Shown here in pieces: positions 62,997-64,000 of a stretch of DNA of 64,000 nt. The position numbers and the translations under genes were made by a program. The number at the start of each line of letters is the position of its first letter. Within the stretch, counting starts at the first letter, position 1. This stretch comes from Acanthaster planci (lineage: Eukaryota): positions 804,083-868,082 of the forward strand of contig NW_019091355.1 in assembly GCF_001949145.1 (NCBI RefSeq), given 5' to 3'. Under the pieces are notes generated by a model. It did no database searches. It was not told where the DNA came from and saw only the letters and a program-made list of their open reading frames with translations.

Positions 62997-63065
62997 CAAA
63001 AGAAACATCATGGTTTGAAACCATGATGTTTCTTTTGAAACTAGAAACCATTGGTTTCTAGTTTC
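62997..63065. repeat. Two abutting perfect palindromes
   Basis: 20-bp arms around a single G (62997-63037) and 14-bp arms around a single T (63037-63065). Confidence 0.9.
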
Positions 63066-64000
63066 GAGCTGTTCTAAAACTCTGGTTAAATAGGAAACAG
63101 GAAATAACTAAAATTAGAAAATGATAAATGCAAATACTCAAGGAAATAAAACAATATTAACGTAACATGATAACGTAAAATACAATTATTTCAATTACTA
63201 AAGCTATGAATAAAACAAAATTTGAAAGTAGACTGAAATAAGCATCTCAAATTACTTTAAGTGTACATACATGTATGCGAAAAAATACCTGTTCTGGTAA
63301 GGCAGAGGAAAACAATGGGAAAGAAAATACACGGGCATACAACCCTAAAGTGGTTGACCTTACGGCATGAAGCTGGATATTCTACAAGACATGGATGACT
63401 GAGCCCTGGTTAAAGAGGTGGTCACGTAAAGAGTGAGAAGTAGAACGTACGTACATGAAACAGTTGCGTATAGGAAAGCAATCATGGAAGACGTCGAAAG
63501 ATTGACTATCCGCCTTGAACAAAAGCCCCCCCCGTCATAGTTTGAAAAGAGCCATTCTGGTAAGGGAGTGTTTGTTTTGTTGGTAGCGACGTGCATGCAA
63601 CGGATGCATCTTATTGTCTTCGTGAACCAGCGAATTGGAGTTCCTTCCGAAGGAGCCTCTGTTGCCAGGAAAACTGCGCTCTAGCTCTCTTGATCCAGCG
63701 CGGGGCACAATGCTGTCCATCGGACCGAAGTTAAAAGGCCTGAGTTTCAGATGTCATACTTTTTATGGGCCATTTAAATGTAACTTATTCAAATTTAATG
63801 GTAATTGGACCTTTTGAATCTCATAATCCACTGCCGGCCTTATTTTTTATGTATTCTATGGCAAAAGTAAGATAAATATAGATCCTGAGATGTGCGATTG
63901 ATGTTAATAATTTTTTTTTCATTTTGGTTAAAACGTACTAGTTGGCTAAGTCGTGTTGATATAGCCCAGCAGGTTGAATGGTGGCAGGAAAGCTGTTCTT

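Overview
Eukaryotic (animal) genomic DNA: AT-rich, with GT-AG introns, SINE and MITE-type repeats, and one 41-N gap. The gene and repeat content looks like a marine invertebrate deuterostome such as an echinoderm; that is inference only. Gene models were spliced by hand and the reading frame checked at every junction. In order: (1) MINPP1 (-, 3 exons), with a GPI-signal-like tail instead of an ER-retention motif, lying head-to-head with (2) STAMBP/AMSH (+, 9 coding exons). (3) Two paralogous secreted selenocysteine glutathione peroxidases (-), each with an in-frame TGA at the catalytic position and a type-2 SECIS, flanking (4) a UDP-glycosyltransferase (-) with unusual Q->M changes in its sugar-donor signature. 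(5) A tandem array of three 8-exon, two-domain F-type lectin (fucolectin) genes (-) plus a relic first exon; one copy has a Trp->TGA stop. (6) A small secreted stand-alone agrin-NtA/TIMP-like gene (-) with a 1-nt frameshift in a G-run. The most novel-looking signal is a second RNA hairpin immediately 3' of the SECIS in both GPx paralogs. It has the same spacing, an identical 10-nt loop (UUGUGCAUUC) and a covarying stem although the surrounding UTRs have diverged, making it a candidate SECIS-associated regulatory element. No convincing coding sequence was found in 1-8200.
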